NCBI GenBank assembly: GCA_964350265.1
Contig: CAYGJZ010000008.1
Location: 1,097 to 65,096 of the forward strand
DNA from: an uncultured Gammaproteobacteria bacterium
GTDB lineage: Bacteria; Pseudomonadota; Gammaproteobacteria; Arenicellales; CAJQKF01
DNA: 64,000 bases
Direction: 5' to 3'
Of this stretch, positions 9,518 through 18,206 are shown in pieces; positions within the stretch are counted from its first letter, which is position 1; each line of letters begins with the position of its first letter. A program made the position numbers and the translations under genes. The notes under the pieces were generated by a model. The model ran no database searches, was not told the origin of the DNA, and worked only from the letters and a program-made list of their open reading frames with translations.

Positions 9518-11650
9518 ATGCCGATTTTGCGCTTGTTTTCGCCGCGCCGGCGCCGTGTTTTCGGCGCCGGCTGCCTGGCCCTGCTGGCCAGCCTGCCGCT
9601 GCTTGCCGACAACCCCGACTGGGTGCCGGCGCTGGCCATGGACGGCACCGTGCTGGCACGCGGCGACCAGCCGCTGCGCATCGCCCTGCCGGCGGACATG
9701 CCCGCCGAGAGCCTGGCCTGGCTGGCGCTGGAACTGGACGGGGTGGATGTCAGCGAGATCGTGGTGCTGGAACAGCAGGGCAGCACCCAGGTGGTCACGG
9801 TGACCCCGCCGCAGGCCCTGGCCCCCGGGGACCACGAACTGCGCCTGGTCGAGTACACGCCGGCCGGGGACATCCTCGAGCGCGGCCTGTGGACCCTGTC
9901 GCTGGCCGGCGCACCGGCGGTGGGCGAGGCGGCACGCCGCTTCTTCGCCGCCGAGTTCCTGCTCGACGGCTCCTACCGGGTGGCCGACAACGAGTACACC
10001 TCCTTCACCGATGCCGCCCACGGCCAGGGTGCGGCCACCATCCAGGCATCGTCGGTGGATGGCGGCTTCACCTCCGAGGCCTACGTCGCCCTGCTGTACG
10101 ATTCCTACGGCGCCGACATCGGCGTGGTCGAGGAAGACGAGGTGGTGGACGATCCCACCGCGGTGGACGCGCCGCTGTTTGCCGACCCGCGCGGTGGTCG
10201 CGAGGTGGAGCTGGCCGAGTACCGCCTGTCCACCCGCGGCCAGAACGTCTCGGCCATCGTCGGTCACCATGCGCCGGTGGCCGATGGCCTGCTGGTGCAG
10301 AACTTCCATCGGCGCGGCCTGTCGGTGACCGCGCGCAGCGACAACGATCGCCTGGTGGCGTCCGGCTTCGCCTTTCGCACCGAGCCGGTCAGTGGCTTCC
10401 GCTACGGTGCCGGCATCGGCGACAGCGAGCACCGCGTGGCCGGCAGCATGGTCTCGGTGAGCCCGCTCGCCGCCACCGATGCCCTGACCGTGTCGGCCAC
10501 CTACCTGCGTGGCGAGGGCGAGGACCATTCCGGACTCGGCGTGGCCGGCGACGACATCGAGCCGGAAGGCGACGGCTACAGCCTGGCGCTGGCCTCCACC
10601 GTGCTCGACCGTCGCCTGGAACTGCGCCTGGAACATGCCCAGACGCGCTACGACTTCGACGGCGGGCGCGGCGACTTCGACCGCACCGAGGACGATGCCG
10701 AGTCCTTCCTCGGCCTGTTCCACGTCTGGCGCGGACGCCAGCTCGGCGAGCGCCAGGCGAACTGGAACATCGGCTTCGAACGCAAGGAGATCGGCCTGTT
10801 CTTCCGCAGCCTGGCCAATCCCTCGCTGCCCTTCGACCGCAAGCTGGAACGGCTGTTCTCGGTGTTCAGCGTCGGTGGCCTGTCCATGCAGCTGCAAGTG
10901 GCGCGGGAGACCGACAACGTGCGCGAGGACGACACGCTGCCCACCCTGCACAACGAGCTCGCCTCCTTCCAGGTGTCGTGGTCGCCCTATCCGGAGGTGG
11001 ACGATTCCGGCCAGCCGGTGCGCCGCTGGTACGGCCAGCCGACCTTGAGCTTCGTCGGGCAGTACTCCGACCAGCTCCACCAGGACCTGCCCGCGGAACT
11101 GGCCGCGGCCGGCGCCGACCGCCAGGTCGCCACCTACCAGGGCGGCGTCTCCTTCCAGTACGAGCGCTTCTTCTGGGGCCTGAACTACGGCTACTCGGTG
11201 GAGAAGGACTTCGGCTTCTTCGAGGTCGACAACCGTCACCGTCTCACCGACCTGTCCATGCAGTGGCTGCCCGCCCAGCGGCTCAGCCTCGGCGCGCAGT
11301 TGCAGTACAACAGCGTCCACGGCGACGACGCCGAGCGCACCGCGCGCAGCTACCTGGCCGGTGTCGACGCCCGCCTGGCGGCCTTCGACGACCGTCTCAC
11401 CACCACCTTCAGCTACAGTGTGAACGAAAACGGTGCGCGCGACGACTCAATCGACGCGCGCTACGAAACCGCGAGCCTGCGCTTCGACTGGCTGCTGCGC
11501 CCGGCACGGGAAAACCGCCCGGCCTGGACGTTGTGGCTGCAGGGGGAGCGCCAGGTCTACGACGATGGTGTCAACCCGGAGTTCGACACCGACCCGTGGC
11601 AGGTCTTCGTCGGCGCGCGCATGGACTGGTCACTCGGCCGGTCCTGGTGA
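9518..11650 (+). CDS. Putative outer-membrane beta-barrel protein with an N-terminal soluble domain
   Basis: The signal peptide is RRRRVFGAGCLALLASLPLLA. Amphipathic beta-strand patterning alternates through residues ~250-710. The C-terminal beta-signal-like end is VFVGARMDWSLGRSW, with an aromatic terminal residue. The gene starts 2 nt after the upstream stop. Confidence 0.65.
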   Translation: MPILRLFSPRRRRVFGAGCLALLASLPLLADNPDWVPALAMDGTVLARGDQPLRIALPADMPAESLAWLALELDGVDVSEIVVLEQQGSTQVVTVTPPQALAPGDHELRLVEYTPAGDILERGLWTLSLAGAPAVGEAARRFFAAEFLLDGSYRVADNEYTSFTDAAHGQGAATIQASSVDGGFTSEAYVALLYDSYGADIGVVEEDEVVDDPTAVDAPLFADPRGGREVELAEYRLSTRGQNVSAIVGHHAPVADGLLVQNFHRRGLSVTARSDNDRLVASGFAFRTEPVSGFRYGAGIGDSEHRVAGSMVSVSPLAATDALTVSATYLRGEGEDHSGLGVAGDDIEPEGDGYSLALASTVLDRRLELRLEHAQTRYDFDGGRGDFDRTEDDAESFLGLFHVWRGRQLGERQANWNIGFERKEIGLFFRSLANPSLPFDRKLERLFSVFSVGGLSMQLQVARETDNVREDDTLPTLHNELASFQVSWSPYPEVDDSGQPVRRWYGQPTLSFVGQYSDQLHQDLPAELAAAGADRQVATYQGGVSFQYERFFWGLNYGYSVEKDFGFFEVDNRHRLTDLSMQWLPAQRLSLGAQLQYNSVHGDDAERTARSYLAGVDARLAAFDDRLTTTFSYSVNENGARDDSIDARYETASLRFDWLLRPARENRPAWTLWLQGERQVYDDGVNPEFDTDPWQVFVGARMDWSLGRSW

Positions 11651-11669
11651 TGACGCGGAGAATCGAACC

Positions 11670-13442
11670 ATGACTGCTCAAAAACTCGCCCGGGTGATCG
11701 CGCTGGCCGCCGCCGCGATGCTGCCCGCCGCCCATGCCATCGACGCCGTGGTCAGCCCGTCGTCGACCTCGGCCGCGGTGGATGCCACCGCGCTGGTCAA
11801 CCTGACCACCCCCGGCGCCGTGGACGGCTTCGACCAGAACACGCCCCTGCTCGAGGTGCTGGACCGGCGCAACATCCCGCTGCGCAGCGTGCTGGCGCCG
11901 GCCAGTTTCGCGCTCAGCTGGAACCCGGTGTTCGAAGGCATCGTGACCAGCTACACGTCGACCTCCTCCCAGGGCGTGCTGCGCCTGGACGGCGAGCAGG
12001 TGGGCGTGCGCAACCAGACCCTGTCGTCGTTCTGCATCAACCCCAACTGCGCGTTGGCCAGCGAGACGCTGACCCTGGCGCCGGCGGTCGGCGAGGACAT
12101 CGCGCGTACCCTGCTGCAGGGGATCACCCTGGGCGAAGCCGCCCGCGGCATCGGCAACCGCAGCGCGACGCTGTCGTATACCCGCGCCTTCAGCCACGCC
12201 GGCACATCGCCGGACGATCACGTGGCCACGGTGAACATCGCGCTGTCCTTGCGCCCCAACGTCAACGTGTCGCTGGCCGCCTTCCGCCTGCTGTCGGTAG
12301 AGGGGCGCAGTGGCTCGCTGTCGCTGCCGGCCGCGACCACCGCCCAGGTGCCGGTCAACCTGTCCTGGGAGGTGCGCTACGAACAGCTCGGCGCGCCGCC
12401 GCCGGTGACCCTGCGCTCGGACGCGGTGGAGGTGCTCGACGCCAATGGCCGTCTCCTGCAACGCATCCCGCGGCCGCTGACCCGCGCCCTGGCCCGTGGT
12501 CGCAGCCTCGCCGAGGCCTTCCCCGGCGCGGGTGCGGCCACCGGCAGCGAACAGTTCAACGATGTGCTCACCCTGCCGCCCTCGGTGGCCGCCGCGGCAG
12601 CCCGCGCCGGCACCTCGCGCATCGTGCTGCGACGCACCTTCACCGACGGCTCGACCACGCGCTCGGCGGACATCCCGCTGGTCGTCGGCAGCACCTCGAT
12701 GGCCGCCTTCCAGGTGACCCGTGTCGACCTGCGCTTCGAGGACGGTGCCCGGGCCGCGGTGGTGGACCGGAACCTGCCGTTGCACGCGGTGGCCGACATC
12801 AACTACCTCGGCAGCGGCCAGTTGCAGGCGACCTGGGAGTGGGCGCCGGTGTCCGGCGGCGGCGCGCCGCTGTTCCGCCCGCTGCCGCCGTCGACGCCCC
12901 TGGTGGCCAGCGCGCCGCCCACCGACTTCGACACCCGCTACAGCCGCACCCTGGTGCGCGAGTTTCTCAACAACCGCCAGCGCATCCGCCTGGTCAGCCC
13001 GGTGCTGCCCACCACCGAGACCGGCGGCGTGCTGCTGCGCCTGACCATCGGTGCCCCCGACGTCGCCTTCCAGTTGCCGGTGATTCGCTACTACGTCGGC
13101 GGTGACGGCGCCCCGCCGGTGCTGGACACGGCGGGCCTGGCGCCGTTGTCGCTGCTGGCCCCGACAGGCAATGCCGATGTCCGCCGGGACACCCTGTTCC
13201 GCTGGCTGCCGGTGGCCGGGGCGACCGCCTACCGGATGGAATGCTACGACGACCTGATGATGTCGGCCGGCATGCGCACCGGGCAGGTGGTGCCGCTGGA
13301 GCGTGCCCAGCTGGCGGTCAGCGCGCTGGTCATGGAGCACCTGGAAGAGGGCGCCGGCTACTGGTGCCGGGTGGTGGCCATCGGCGGTGGCGGGCTGCCC
13401 AGCGCCGCCAGCGAGCTGGTCCGGCTCACCGCGCGCCGGTAG
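11670..13442 (+). CDS. Secreted hypothetical protein (590 aa)
   Basis: The ATG at 11670 lies inside track ORF 11433..13442. The signal peptide is ARVIALAAAAMLPAAHA. The composition is beta-rich and no motif is recognisable. The gene starts 19 nt after the barrel gene. Confidence 0.65.
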   Translation: MTAQKLARVIALAAAAMLPAAHAIDAVVSPSSTSAAVDATALVNLTTPGAVDGFDQNTPLLEVLDRRNIPLRSVLAPASFALSWNPVFEGIVTSYTSTSSQGVLRLDGEQVGVRNQTLSSFCINPNCALASETLTLAPAVGEDIARTLLQGITLGEAARGIGNRSATLSYTRAFSHAGTSPDDHVATVNIALSLRPNVNVSLAAFRLLSVEGRSGSLSLPAATTAQVPVNLSWEVRYEQLGAPPPVTLRSDAVEVLDANGRLLQRIPRPLTRALARGRSLAEAFPGAGAATGSEQFNDVLTLPPSVAAAAARAGTSRIVLRRTFTDGSTTRSADIPLVVGSTSMAAFQVTRVDLRFEDGARAAVVDRNLPLHAVADINYLGSGQLQATWEWAPVSGGGAPLFRPLPPSTPLVASAPPTDFDTRYSRTLVREFLNNRQRIRLVSPVLPTTETGGVLLRLTIGAPDVAFQLPVIRYYVGGDGAPPVLDTAGLAPLSLLAPTGNADVRRDTLFRWLPVAGATAYRMECYDDLMMSAGMRTGQVVPLERAQLAVSALVMEHLEEGAGYWCRVVAIGGGGLPSAASELVRLTARR

Positions 13443-13454
13443 CCGCGGGGTCCG

Positions 13455-15122
13455 GTGATGAAGGCCGTCTTTCCCGGTGCCCGGGCGGTATCGGCGGGTC
13501 TTGCGCTGCTGCTGGTCATGCCCTGGCCGGCCGCCCTGGCCGCCGGTACCGTCGCTCCGAGCGCGAGCCCCGCCGCCGGTTCGGGGTCGCTGGCGGTGCC
13601 CAAGGTGACGCCCAAGGTGACGCCGAAGGTCACGCCGCATGCCATCGTGCTGAAGCCCGGGGTGGTGCTGCCGACGGACAAGTTCACCGTGCCGCTGGCC
13701 GGACCGGACAAGACCCCCGAGCCGGCCAGCTATCCCAACGGCGGCCAGACCACCAAGCCCGCCGCGGACGCCTTCATCGCCAACCCGCCCGGCGACGACG
13801 AGCCGGACGACCCGCCCCCCGGCGACCCGCCGCCGGCACCGGATGCCGCGCCGGAACCCCGGCCGCCGTCCACCGCGCCGTCGCCGGTGGACAGGCCGGT
13901 CGACGCGCCGGCCATTGCCGAGCCCCCGGCCAGGTCGCCGGCGCCCACCCGGCGGCCGCCGCCGTCGGCGGGCACGTTGCTGGGCGGCGCCCTGCCGGCG
14001 CCCGGCGCCGCGCCTGCGGCGGGCGTGGCTGGCCATGCCGACGACGCCGGCTACGAGCCCGGCCAGCTGGTCTTCATGACCGCCGGCATCGACGACGCGC
14101 GCACGGTGGCCAACCGCCTGCGCGGCGAGGGCTACCGGCTGCGATCACGCTCCACCCTGGGCAGTCTCGGCCTGGTGATGAGCGTGCTCGCCACCCCGAA
14201 CGGGGTCGACCCGGTGGTGGCGGCCGAGCAGCTGGCGGCGCGCTTCCCCGAGGTGGTGGTGGATGCCAACCACCGCTACCGGCTGCAGGCCGGTCGCACC
14301 TATGCCAACCGCCTGATCGGCTGGGAGGCCGCCGCGCCCTGTCTTGCCGGCGTGCCGGTGGGCATGCTGGACACCCCGGTGGATGCTGGCGACCCGGTGC
14401 TGGCCGAGGCCCGCGTGGCGGCACTGGACGTGCTTCCCGGCGGCATACGGCGACCCGATGCCAGCCACGGCACCGCGGTGGCCGCCATCCTCGCCGGTGG
14501 TCGGCGGGACGGCTTTTCCGGCCTGTTTGCCGGTGGCGAGTTGGTGGCGGTAAACGTCTTCCGCCTGCGCGACGGCGAGCAGGTGGACAGCACCGCTGCG
14601 TGGCTGGTGCAGGGCCTCGACGCGGTGGCCGGCCGCGGGGTGTCGGTGGTCAACGTCTCCCTCGGCGGTGACCACAACCGCCTGCTCGACCTCGCCGTGC
14701 AGGCCCTGCTGGCGCGCGGCATCCCGCTGGTGGCGGCGGCCGGCAACGGCGGACACGATGCCGCCCCGGTCTATCCGGCGGCCTATCCGGGGGTGATCGC
14801 GGTCACTGCCATCGATGCCCGTGGCCGGGTGTTTCGCGATGCCGCCCGCGGTCCCCACGTGGACTTCGCGGCGCCCGGGGTGGACGTGTTCGTGGCCGTG
14901 GCCGACGGTCGCTACGTCAGCGGCACGTCATTCGCCGCCCCCTTCGTCAGCGCCGCGGTGGCCGCGGTGCGCGCCCGCCGCGAGGGACTGACGCCCTCGC
15001 AGATCGTCGACTACCTGGCCGGCCTGAGCCGTGATCTCGGCGAGCCCGGCCCGGACCCGGTCTACGGTCGCGGCATGCCCGACCTCGCCGGCCACTGCGC
15101 CGCCCTCGAGCGCATGCGCTGA
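13455..15122 (+). CDS. Secreted subtilisin-like (S8) serine peptidase with a Pro-rich linker and a propeptide-like domain
   Basis: The signal peptide is AVSAGLALLLVMPWPAALA. The catalytic triad contexts are VGMLDTPVD (Asp), SHGTAVAAILAG (His) and SGTSFAAPFVSAAVA (Ser), with the oxyanion region AAAGNGG. Confidence 0.85.
   Translation: MMKAVFPGARAVSAGLALLLVMPWPAALAAGTVAPSASPAAGSGSLAVPKVTPKVTPKVTPHAIVLKPGVVLPTDKFTVPLAGPDKTPEPASYPNGGQTTKPAADAFIANPPGDDEPDDPPPGDPPPAPDAAPEPRPPSTAPSPVDRPVDAPAIAEPPARSPAPTRRPPPSAGTLLGGALPAPGAAPAAGVAGHADDAGYEPGQLVFMTAGIDDARTVANRLRGEGYRLRSRSTLGSLGLVMSVLATPNGVDPVVAAEQLAARFPEVVVDANHRYRLQAGRTYANRLIGWEAAAPCLAGVPVGMLDTPVDAGDPVLAEARVAALDVLPGGIRRPDASHGTAVAAILAGGRRDGFSGLFAGGELVAVNVFRLRDGEQVDSTAAWLVQGLDAVAGRGVSVVNVSLGGDHNRLLDLAVQALLARGIPLVAAAGNGGHDAAPVYPAAYPGVIAVTAIDARGRVFRDAARGPHVDFAAPGVDVFVAVADGRYVSGTSFAAPFVSAAVAAVRARREGLTPSQIVDYLAGLSRDLGEPGPDPVYGRGMPDLAGHCAALERMR
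13599..13634 (+). repeat. In-frame 12-nt tandem repeat, three copies, encoding (PKVT)x3
   Basis: The copies are cccaaggtgacg, cccaaggtgacg and ccgaaggtcacg, read directly. The repeat lies inside the S8 peptidase N-terminal region (VPKVTPKVTPKVTPH). Confidence 0.85.
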
Positions 15123-15125
15123 GGG

Positions 15126-16913
15126 CTACAGCGGCCAGGCCCAGAGAATGGCGGGCACGCCCACCGCCACGATGAGCAGTTCCAGCGGCAGCCCCATGCG
15201 CCAGTAGTCGCCGAAGCGGTAGCCGCCGGGACCCAGGATCAGGGTGTTGTTTTTGTGGCCGATGGGGGTGAGAAAGGCACAGGACGCGGACACCGCCACC
15301 GCCATCAGGAAGGGATCGGCGCTGACCTCGAGGCCGGCGGCCAGGCTGATCGCCACCGGCGCGGCGATGATGGTGGTGGCGGTATTGTTGAGCACGTCGG
15401 ACAGCGTCATGGTGGTGATCATGAAGATCACCAGCACCGTCAGCGGACCGTGGCTGCCCGCCCCCTCGAGCAGCAGGTCGGCCAGCAACTGGGTGCCGCC
15501 GGACGCCTCCAGCGCCGTGCCCAGCGGGATCATCGAGCCGAGCAGCACGATCACCGGCCATTCCACCGAGTCGTACACCTGCCGGCCACGCACCACGCCG
15601 AGGGCGACGAAGGCGATGCAGGCCAGCGCCAGCGCCACCGGCAGGTAGACGAGCCCGGTGCTGGCGGCGACGATGGCGGCGATGAAGATGCCCACGGTGA
15701 TGCCGGCCTTGCTGCGCTTGGCCATTTCCAGCTCGCGATCGGCCAGCGGCAGGGCGCCGATCCACTCGACGATCTCGTAGACCCGTTCGGCCGGACCGAG
15801 CAGCAGCAGCACGTCGCCGGCATGCAGGCTGACGCGGCGGATCTGCTCGCGGAAGCGCCGGCCGCGACGGGAGACGCCGAGCAGGGTGATGCCGTAGCGG
15901 TCGAGCAGGTGCATGGAACGGGCGCTGCGGCCCTCGATCCGCGCCCCCGGCCGCACCACCGCCTCCACCAGCACCTGTTCACCGGCCAGTTCCTCGCCAC
16001 TGTGCTTGGGCGCGTCCTCGTCGGCCTCGTAGGCGAGGCCGGCTTCGCCGGCAAAGGCATCGATGGACTTGGCGTCGGCCTCGATCACCAGGGTGTCGCC
16101 GGCGATGATCTCCACCCGGCGGGCGGCCCCGGGCATGCGGCGTTCGTCGCGCACCAGGCCGAGGATGGCGACACCGTGGGACTCGCACTGCTCGTCCAGG
16201 TCGCTGACCTTCTTGCCGATGGCCGAGGAATCCTCGTTCACGCGCACCTCGGCGATGTAGTCGCCGAGGTCGAACAGTTCCCGGGCCGAGTCGGCCTCGC
16301 GCCGCCCGCGCGGGATCAGTCGCCAGCCCACCAGGGTGACGTAGGCCACCCCGGCCACCGCGCAGGCAATGCCCACCGGCGCGAAGTCGAACATGCCGTA
16401 GGCCTCGCCCAGGGCACTTTCGCGGAAGGAGGCGACGATGATGTTCGGCGGCGTGCCGATCAGCGTGATCATGCCGCCGAGGATGGAGGCGAAGGACAGC
16501 GGCATCAGGGTCAGTGCCGGGCTGCGGCCGGCCTTCTTCGCTGCCTGCATGTCCACCGGCATCAACAGTGCCAGCGCGGCGACGTTGTTCATCACCGCCG
16601 ACAGCGCCGCCGCCACCGTGGACATGACGCCGATGTGGGCGAACAGGGAGCTGGAGGCGCGCATCACCCAGCGGGCGATGAGCTCGACCACGCCGGAGTT
16701 GGACAGTGCGCGGGAGACGATCAGCACCAGGGCGATGATCACCGTGGCCGGGTGGCCAAAGCCGGCGAAGGCCTGGTCCACCGGCACCACGCCGAGGATG
16801 ACGGCCAGGATCAAGGCGCCGAAGGCGGTCAGGTCATAGCGCACCTTGCCCCAGATGAGCATGGCGAAGACCGCCACCAGCAGGGCGAACAACAGGGTCT
16901 GGTCGGAGGGCAT
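15126..16913 (-). CDS. SLC13/DASS-family anion permease with two central TrkA-C (RCK_C) domains
   Basis: The 595-aa product has two polytopic membrane halves flanking a soluble insert (LFDLGDYIAEVRVNEDSSAIGKKVSDL ... RPGARIEGRSARSMHLLDRYGITLLGVSRRG). This layout is typical of the family. Confidence 0.8.
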   Translation of the reverse strand: MPSDQTLLFALLVAVFAMLIWGKVRYDLTAFGALILAVILGVVPVDQAFAGFGHPATVIIALVLIVSRALSNSGVVELIARWVMRASSSLFAHIGVMSTVAAALSAVMNNVAALALLMPVDMQAAKKAGRSPALTLMPLSFASILGGMITLIGTPPNIIVASFRESALGEAYGMFDFAPVGIACAVAGVAYVTLVGWRLIPRGRREADSARELFDLGDYIAEVRVNEDSSAIGKKVSDLDEQCESHGVAILGLVRDERRMPGAARRVEIIAGDTLVIEADAKSIDAFAGEAGLAYEADEDAPKHSGEELAGEQVLVEAVVRPGARIEGRSARSMHLLDRYGITLLGVSRRGRRFREQIRRVSLHAGDVLLLLGPAERVYEIVEWIGALPLADRELEMAKRSKAGITVGIFIAAIVAASTGLVYLPVALALACIAFVALGVVRGRQVYDSVEWPVIVLLGSMIPLGTALEASGGTQLLADLLLEGAGSHGPLTVLVIFMITTMTLSDVLNNTATTIIAAPVAISLAAGLEVSADPFLMAVAVSASCAFLTPIGHKNNTLILGPGGYRFGDYWRMGLPLELLIVAVGVPAILWAWPL

Positions 16914-16933
16914 GGGCAGGACACGGTGACGCG

Positions 16934-16958
16934 GAAGCGATCACTATAGAATCCCGTC
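16934..16958 (+). promoter_or_regulatory. Candidate autoregulated ECF-type promoter (GAAGCGAT-N13-CGTC)
   Basis: GAAGC lies at 16934-16938, followed by 16 nt and then CGTC at 16955-16958. The site is about 68 nt upstream of the sigma-factor ATG. A sigma70-like TAGAAT overlaps the spacer, so assignment is ambiguous. Confidence 0.3.
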
Positions 16959-17025
16959 GCGTTGATTTACAAGGACGTCCGGGTAACAATTCCGCCCGTC
17001 CCGCCACCGCAACCCACCAAGCATC

Positions 17026-17574
17026 ATGTCCGCACCGGACCCAGACATCGAGTTGATCGAACGCATCGCGCGCGGCGATTCCGAGGCGATGACGCGCTTC
17101 TACCAGGCCCACGAGAAGCGCGTCTATGCCTTCGCGCTCCGCAAATTGAACGATCCGCACGCCGCCGCCGACATAGTGGTCGAGGCCATGATGGCGGTGT
17201 GGAACGGTGCCGGTTCCTTCCAGGGTGGATCCAAGGTGACCACCTGGCTGTTCGGCATCGCTCACCGCAAGGCGGTGGACCTGGTGCGCAAGCGCAGCCG
17301 CCACGAGGCCGACGAGCTGGATTTCGACGTGGTCGACGACGACGGGGACTTCACCCGCGCGCTGGCCGCGGCGGAAGACGGCGAACAGGTGCGCCGTTGC
17401 CTCGCGGGACTGCCCGAAGCGCAGCGGGAGATCGTCCACCTGGCCTTCTTCGAGGACTTGTCCTACCCGGAGATCGCCAACCTGGTGGACTGCCCGGAGG
17501 GAACGGTGAAAACGCGCATATTCCACGCCAAGAAGAAGTTGCGCCTGTGCCTGGAACGGTTGATGCGAGGATGA
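17026..17574 (+). CDS. ECF (sigma-70 family, group 4) RNA polymerase sigma factor
   Basis: Region 2 reads FYQAHEKRVYAFALRKLNDPHAAADIVVEAMMAVW. Region 4 reads EIVHLAFFEDLSYPEIANLVDCPEGTVKTRIFHAKKKL. Confidence 0.9.
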   Translation: MSAPDPDIELIERIARGDSEAMTRFYQAHEKRVYAFALRKLNDPHAAADIVVEAMMAVWNGAGSFQGGSKVTTWLFGIAHRKAVDLVRKRSRHEADELDFDVVDDDGDFTRALAAAEDGEQVRRCLAGLPEAQREIVHLAFFEDLSYPEIANLVDCPEGTVKTRIFHAKKKLRLCLERLMRG

Positions 17575-17578
17575 CGCG

Positions 17579-18184
17579 ATGAGCGAGACGAAACGAGAGG
17601 ACGACGACCTGGAGCAACTGCTGCCCTGGTACGTGAACGGCACCCTCACCGCCGAGGAGCACCAGGCGGTGGAGGCCTACCTCGCGCGCAGCGAGTCGGC
17701 GCGCACCCAGGCGGCCTTCCTGGCGCGGGTGCGCGAGGCGGTGCGCGACCAGGAACACGGCTCCCCCGGGGCCTTCGGCCTGGCCCGCCTGAAGACGGCG
17801 ATGGCCGCCGGCGAGGCCGGCCGGGATGCGAAGCCGGCGCCGGCGAAGTCGTCGCCGATGACGCAGCGCTGGCGCATGGTGGCGGCGGCGGCGGGGGTGG
17901 TGGTGATGATCCAGGCCGGCCTGCTGTTCGAGTCCTGGCGGGAGCCTGCCTACCAGCCGCTGGGAGCGGCGGACACGGCGCCGATCCAGGTCAGCTTCCG
18001 CGACGAGGCCAGCGCCGGGCAGATCGGTGCCCTGCTGGCGGAACTCGGTGCCAGCATCCGCTCGGGGCCGGGATCTCTCGGCATCTACCGCCTGGCCCTG
18101 GAAGAGGGCGCGGCGTCGGTGGACGAGGTGGTCGCCGCGCTGCGCGCCGCGGGCATCGTCGAGGACGTGCGCGCCGATCCGTAG
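17579..18184 (+). CDS. Anti-sigma factor (single-pass membrane protein)
   Basis: The gene starts 4 nt after the sigma gene. It has an N-terminal LLPWYVNGTLTAEEHQAVEAYLA anti-sigma helix motif and one TM helix (WRMVAAAAGVVVMIQAGLLF). A periplasmic domain of about 90 aa follows. Confidence 0.75.
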   Translation: MSETKREDDDLEQLLPWYVNGTLTAEEHQAVEAYLARSESARTQAAFLARVREAVRDQEHGSPGAFGLARLKTAMAAGEAGRDAKPAPAKSSPMTQRWRMVAAAAGVVVMIQAGLLFESWREPAYQPLGAADTAPIQVSFRDEASAGQIGALLAELGASIRSGPGSLGIYRLALEEGAASVDEVVAALRAAGIVEDVRADP

Positions 18185-18206
18185 ACGGTCGGCGCGGGCG
18201 ACGTCT

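Noticed and set aside
11900-12380. Several N-x-S/T sequons (NLT, NQT, NRS, NVS, NLS) in the 11670..13442 secreted protein. I considered them as N-glycosylation sites.
   Set aside because: None has the D/E at -2 required by PglB-type oligosaccharyltransferases. No OST gene is visible in the window.
15122-15126. The convergent S8 protease and SLC13 genes have stops only 3 nt apart. The TPR and kdsC genes show the same pattern at 62880/62886. I looked for bidirectional terminators.
   Set aside because: There is no room for a hairpin between the stops, and I saw no clear stem-loop with a T-tract inside the gene ends. I could not support a terminator call.
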